A stretch of 64,000 nucleotides of DNA, taken from positions 277,014 through 341,013 of the forward strand of contig NIVC01001189.1 of assembly GCA_002269645.1 (NCBI GenBank). Direction: 5' to 3'. Below, in pieces: positions 59,084-64,000 of the stretch. Source of the DNA: Macrostomum lignano (taxonomy: Eukaryota). The notes beneath the pieces were generated by a model that had not been told where the DNA came from, ran no database searches, and was given only the letters and a program-made list of their open reading frames with translations. Within the stretch, counting starts at the first letter, position 1; every line of letters starts with the position of its first letter. Position numbers and translations under genes: made by a program.

Positions 59084-62000
59084 GCTCCTCGTTGGCAATT
59101 TTTTCGGACAAACGAGACCGAGATAAGATGTCCCGGAGACTCCCCCAACGTAAAATCAACGTTTTAGAAAATAAAATTGATGCAGAGTTAAAACCACTTG
59201 AGATGAAACCATGTGTGACCCCTCTATGGACGTAAAACATTTAGGGCTACAAGATGTGTGACGTGAAAGTTCCATAGCAACGCGTCTTGGTTGCCATGGC
59301 AACAAAAAAGTGACTTTTTTTAGACCCGTCCAAATCTTGAATCTCAAAAAATAAGGATTCACAATATGGAGTCAAAAATTGATTGAACCCAACTTTTGGC
59401 GAATTTTCAGACCTTCAAGACACTGATTGGTTATTTTCCGCTAAATGCTTACCTTGATAGGTAATTCTGTAAAAGTGTGTTTTTTAAGTGTCAAAAAATG
59501 CGCATTTTTATCAACTTTCAACTGACGCAGCTCAAAGGTCGCGCGTCAGCGCGACCTTTGAGCTGCGTCATTCTAACAATGGCACCTGGGACTCTTACAT
59601 GACGCACGACTTTAACCAAGATACTCACTTTAACTGTACATTCGCACCTGTTAATTACATTCGAATATTCGACGGGTAGGTATTCGAACCGAAATAAAGG
59701 AAATTCAACCTTGTTGCGAGACTCTAAAAAGTACATGAATGCGGTCATTTAGGTAAGATCTACATGTTTATAATACATTTTGAGCCGTTTCGTTGCACTG
59801 ACTCTGAGCCATACACTGCTAAAGTCGATAAACGTGATTTAGGCTATTTTTATGTATTTTTCATGATACAAATGTACAAAAAATAAGAAACGACGACATG
59901 CTAGGAAAATCAGACTTTTTAGGCAAGGTGCACAACTAAATTGCGCACAATATGTATATTTTGAAATTTCGTCTTAGTTTATTGAAGTCGCTGCCGGTAC
60001 AGAAATGTACTTTAACGACGGTACGGGGGGCTTGCATATCGAACATACTTTTTAGCCTGTAACTTTTGAGCGGATTACCGGAGCGCGACGCGCTTGGTGT
60101 CATTGAACTACATTTTAGATGTACTTTAATTTGAATGTATGTTCGCTGTCATTGCACGATGCGTTGTACACCTCAGGTCAGGTCACGTGACTTGCTGGAA
60201 ATGAAATAATGACTTTGTACCTATACTAAGGATAGGTGAAGCGTAAGAATGAACCAAAATTTGTACTTATTAGAAACACCTAGATGACTACTGTCAGAAA
60301 AAATGATATTCACGTCTGTCAGTTGCAAAATTTTGTTATAATTGACTTTTAAAATCGAAAAACGTGATTTTGTGCAAAAACAACCTATATGAGCACACAT
60401 AGGGTGAAAAATTTATTGATTTTCGCTATGAGGTTCTTAGCTTCCAAGAGCACTATTGTGCCCAGTAAACACGTACAGATGACTGCTATCTTCGTTAGTG
60501 TGCGAAAATTCGTATTTTTACGCTAATAACATTTACCGAATTACGAGGTTCCGGTGTTATGCGTTTTTTTGCTATATTTCACGCTGCCATTTATTAACGA
60601 TGCTACGCCAGGCCTTCAGTGTGGTGTCAATAGTTAGCATTTAAAAAGTGCTTTAATTTGAGTGTATGTTCGCTGGCATTGCACGATGCGTTGTACACCT
60701 CAGGCCAGGTCACGTGACTTGCTGGAAATGAAATAATGACTTTGTACCTATACTAAGGATAGGTGAAGCATAAGAATGACCCATATTAGTACTTATTAGA
60801 AACATCTAGATGAATACTCTCAGAAAAAGTGACATTCACGTCTGTCAGTTGCAAAAAAAATTTTTAATTGACTCTCAAAATCGAAAAACGTGATTTTGTG
60901 CAAAAACAACCCATTTGAGCACTACATAGGGCGGAAAATATATTAATTTTCGCTATGAGGTTCTTAGCTTCCAAGAGCACTATTGTGCCCAGTAAACACG
61001 TACAGATGACTGCCATCTTCGTTAGTGTGCGAAAATTCGTATTTTGACGCTATTAACATTTTACCGAATTACGAGGTTCCGGTACTATGCGTTTTTTTGC
61101 TATATTTCACGCTGCCATTTATTAACTATCCTACGCCAGGCCTTCAGTGTAGTGTCAATAAATAGCATTTAGCAAGTGCTTTAAGATGACATCATGCGCA
61201 TTGCGTTGCGTAAAAGTGTGGGTCCACAGTTTCGTAACAAGTTAAAATGACCTGATTTCGCAAAAATCTTTAAAACAAAAAATACCAAATAGGTAACTAA
61301 AAAGCCTTTTGAAACTGAATAAAAAATGCACATAAAAGTGCTATTTTGTAACGTAAAAAGTCTTGCGTCCTGCAAAAATCTTCTATGGTGACTTTTTGGA
61401 GCCGTGAAGTGTAAAAACGTGCGCATTTTTAAAGCTGTTGAACTTACTTTTTGAGGTATATTTTGAAAATAGGCATTTTATAAATTGTATAACAAAATTT
61501 AATTGAAGAAAGCAATAAGGTAAAATAGAATTCGAAATTATTTAATTTTGAAATAATTAAACTGTACATTTCAGTCGTTCTGTTCCTTATAATTTCTACA
61601 AAAATTTAAATTTAAATCGGTTATGTTAACAGTAGTTTATTGCTGTAGGACAAATTTGACCCCAAATTTTCAAAGCAACTTATCTAAGCAAACGCTATCT
61701 AAATCTGAAATATTTTCAAGCTTCAATCTGTAGCTATAATATTCGGTTTTGTTACGCTATTTATTCGTATCCTACTACATTATATATAATTATTGTACAA
61801 TATATTATATTCTACAAGTACAAGTTTTAATTGTAATATATTCAATTGTTATCAGTTTTACACTGTAAGTGTAAGCTTCAAATTTTATTTGAAATATAAC
61901 TGAAGTATAGTACTTTAATATTATTTTATAGCTAATTAATTGTATTCTGCCAAATATTTACGTTTTTTTTCTCTGCTTTGCTTTTTGCTCCATATTTTTA

Positions 62001-64000
62001 TAAATTATAGTCATATTTACATATATCTTTTAAAAGTACTCATCCTTTCACATTTTATTTTGTAGTTATCAGTCAAATTTAACTTGAATTTTCCTTTTGT
62101 TTGCATAATTTTGACTTAAGACTTTAGTTTTGAAGTAAGTATTCTTTTTATTTCTTCATATGTTTAGCATAGTACAAATATCTGTAGTACTCTGCTTAAT
62201 GGTAGAAGTTTGTGGACACTTTTTATAAATTCTGCTCAATTTATTATAAATTTAGCATTTTTGCTAGACAATATATACATGCCAATGCTCCTTATATCAA
62301 GCAATGCTTGAAAGTGCTAGACACTTAGTTTATGGTGAATTTTTACCAAGGGATGTTTTTTTGCTGATATAGAATTCCTAGAAGCATGTACAAAAACATG
62401 GAATATGCCTGAAAAAACTCTAGAAAATATGCACTAAATCCAAGAAAAAATGTTGAAAGCACAAAAACTACATGGCACACACCGCCTATATGCCAGTATA
62501 TTATGCTGCAGCATATTAATCCACAATCCAGTAGCAGTGCTAGTGTTCGTAGTTTAACTAAATTTGCCACCAGAAAAGAGTTGAGTTAACTTGGTAAAGA
62601 GTAGCATGTTTTCTGTGTTTAGCTAATTAGTTTCTTTATCATTCTGAAATATTTACTAACATGTTTATTTAGACAGGATGGGCAACGACAAAAACAGCAT
62701 CAAGGACAACACTAGCATTAACAAGGATACAAGTGCTTCTTCTGTTGCTGCCAATAGTAAGTTTTGTACATTTGTTGCAACTTGCAGGTGATAGGTGCTA
62801 CTTTCAGGAATAGTTTCAAAGCAATCCTACCTTTATTATTAATATTCACACCTTAGGAAACCAGCTTTTACTAGCATTCTTGGCTGCCCATTTGGGCAAC
62901 AGACAAACTAAAAAGTTCCTGCACTACACAATTTATTTACCAAACAATAAATCTCAATTGTTCACACTATAACTCACACTGAATAGTTCACAGGTAATTC
63001 TGTAAAAAAGTGTTTTTCAGATGTCTAAAAATGTGAATTTTTCAAACTCTTAACTGACGCAGCTCAAATCAATAGTTCACACTCAATAGTTTAGATTGAA
63101 TAGTTTCGCCTGAATAGTTTTGACAGACAGAATAATTTCAACTGAATAGTTACAACTGAATAGTTTAGACTTAATAATCTTGACTGAGTAGTTTTGACTG
63201 AATAGTGTGAACTCAATAGTTTCGACTGAGTAGTTTCGACTGAATAGTTTCGACAAAGGGAATAAATTCAATTGGAATCTGACCTTGTTTGACAGATCAT
63301 TAAAATAATTATAGAAACTCTATTTTCGAATGTTTAACACCCTTAGAATTTGAGCAGATTTAAGAAATTTTGACCACTGTATAATCAGTGCAAAATCTGC
63401 AATAGTTTAGAAAAAACGCTATCAAAATTGATCAAGAATGGCACGCTCTAGAGCGAAATAGATGGACAGACATATATATATATATATATATATAGGTAGA
63501 TTTATAAATTTCTTTTTTACTGTGACTTTAAACAGGTGCGAAAAAGTGCGGACGGCCGAAGAAGAAAAACTGGAGCCGCTCCAAGAATAATATTAAAGTT
63601 GCTGCTGTCGGTGATTTAACTGCTGGCGAAGAACAGATTCAAGAGCCAGATGTACAACCGGAAGCTGCTGCTGCCTCTTCTATTGCCGCTGCTGGGACTA
63701 AAGCTGGTGCTTCTGCTGATGCTGCTGCTAAAACTGAGTCTGTGATTAAGCTGGACGAGGCTGGTCTGGCTGCCCTGCTAGCTGAACATGATGCTGCTCT
63801 GGCCGACGCTCTGGCTGCTTCGGAATACCCCGTGGTCGAAGGTGATGCTGAAGTGCCCAATTCTGGTGCTGCTTACAATGAGCAACTTATAGGCTACTTG
63901 AGTGCTGGTGAGAGTTTTATTTTTTAAATTTCTATGCATAGTACAAGTTAATTTTCTTTCTTACATCTGACTTTGCTTGCGAATATTGAAATTAGATTTT
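59084..64000 (+). mobile_element. Second copy of the Helentron-like unit (period 7488 bp), running off the window
   Basis: Near-identical to 51596 onward with a few substitutions and indels. Exon copies at 62678-62756 and 63536-63907. Confidence 0.9.

Noticed and set aside
59084-59167. Native C-terminus of the 859-aa ORF
   Set aside because: These codons come from the restart of the repeated unit, so the ORF is a truncation rather than a complete gene.

Overview
Repeat-rich metazoan (probably invertebrate) genomic DNA with GT-AG introns, not a prokaryotic locus. Host genes: AP-3 mu subunit (six coding exons visible on +, 4577-16458, first exon not found), complete enkurin (three exons on -, 37559-35552), and the first coding exon of a probable C2H2 zinc-finger gene (49313-50038, +). 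Most of the rest is mobile DNA: a TIR element with a PHD/FLYWCH-like ORF (1290-3823), two RTE-like LINE fragments, a 6.2 kb hAT-like element carrying its own satellite arrays inside an AP3M intron, a head-to-tail array of a 2.64 kb Helitron-like element, a tandemly repeated 7.49 kb truncated Helentron-like unit (AT-hook, OTU, Rep N-terminus) and many minisatellites. The standout is a 13.75 kb, very young Ty3/gypsy LTR element (21153-34903, -). Its single long ORF has the order Gag-Env-PR-RT-RH-IN: a signal-peptide/furin-site/TM glycoprotein lies in frame between nucleocapsid and protease. It also has TATA...TATA LTR termini, a tRNA-Glu-like PBS and extra 3' ORFs. Family assignments come from motif recognition by eye; no searches were run.
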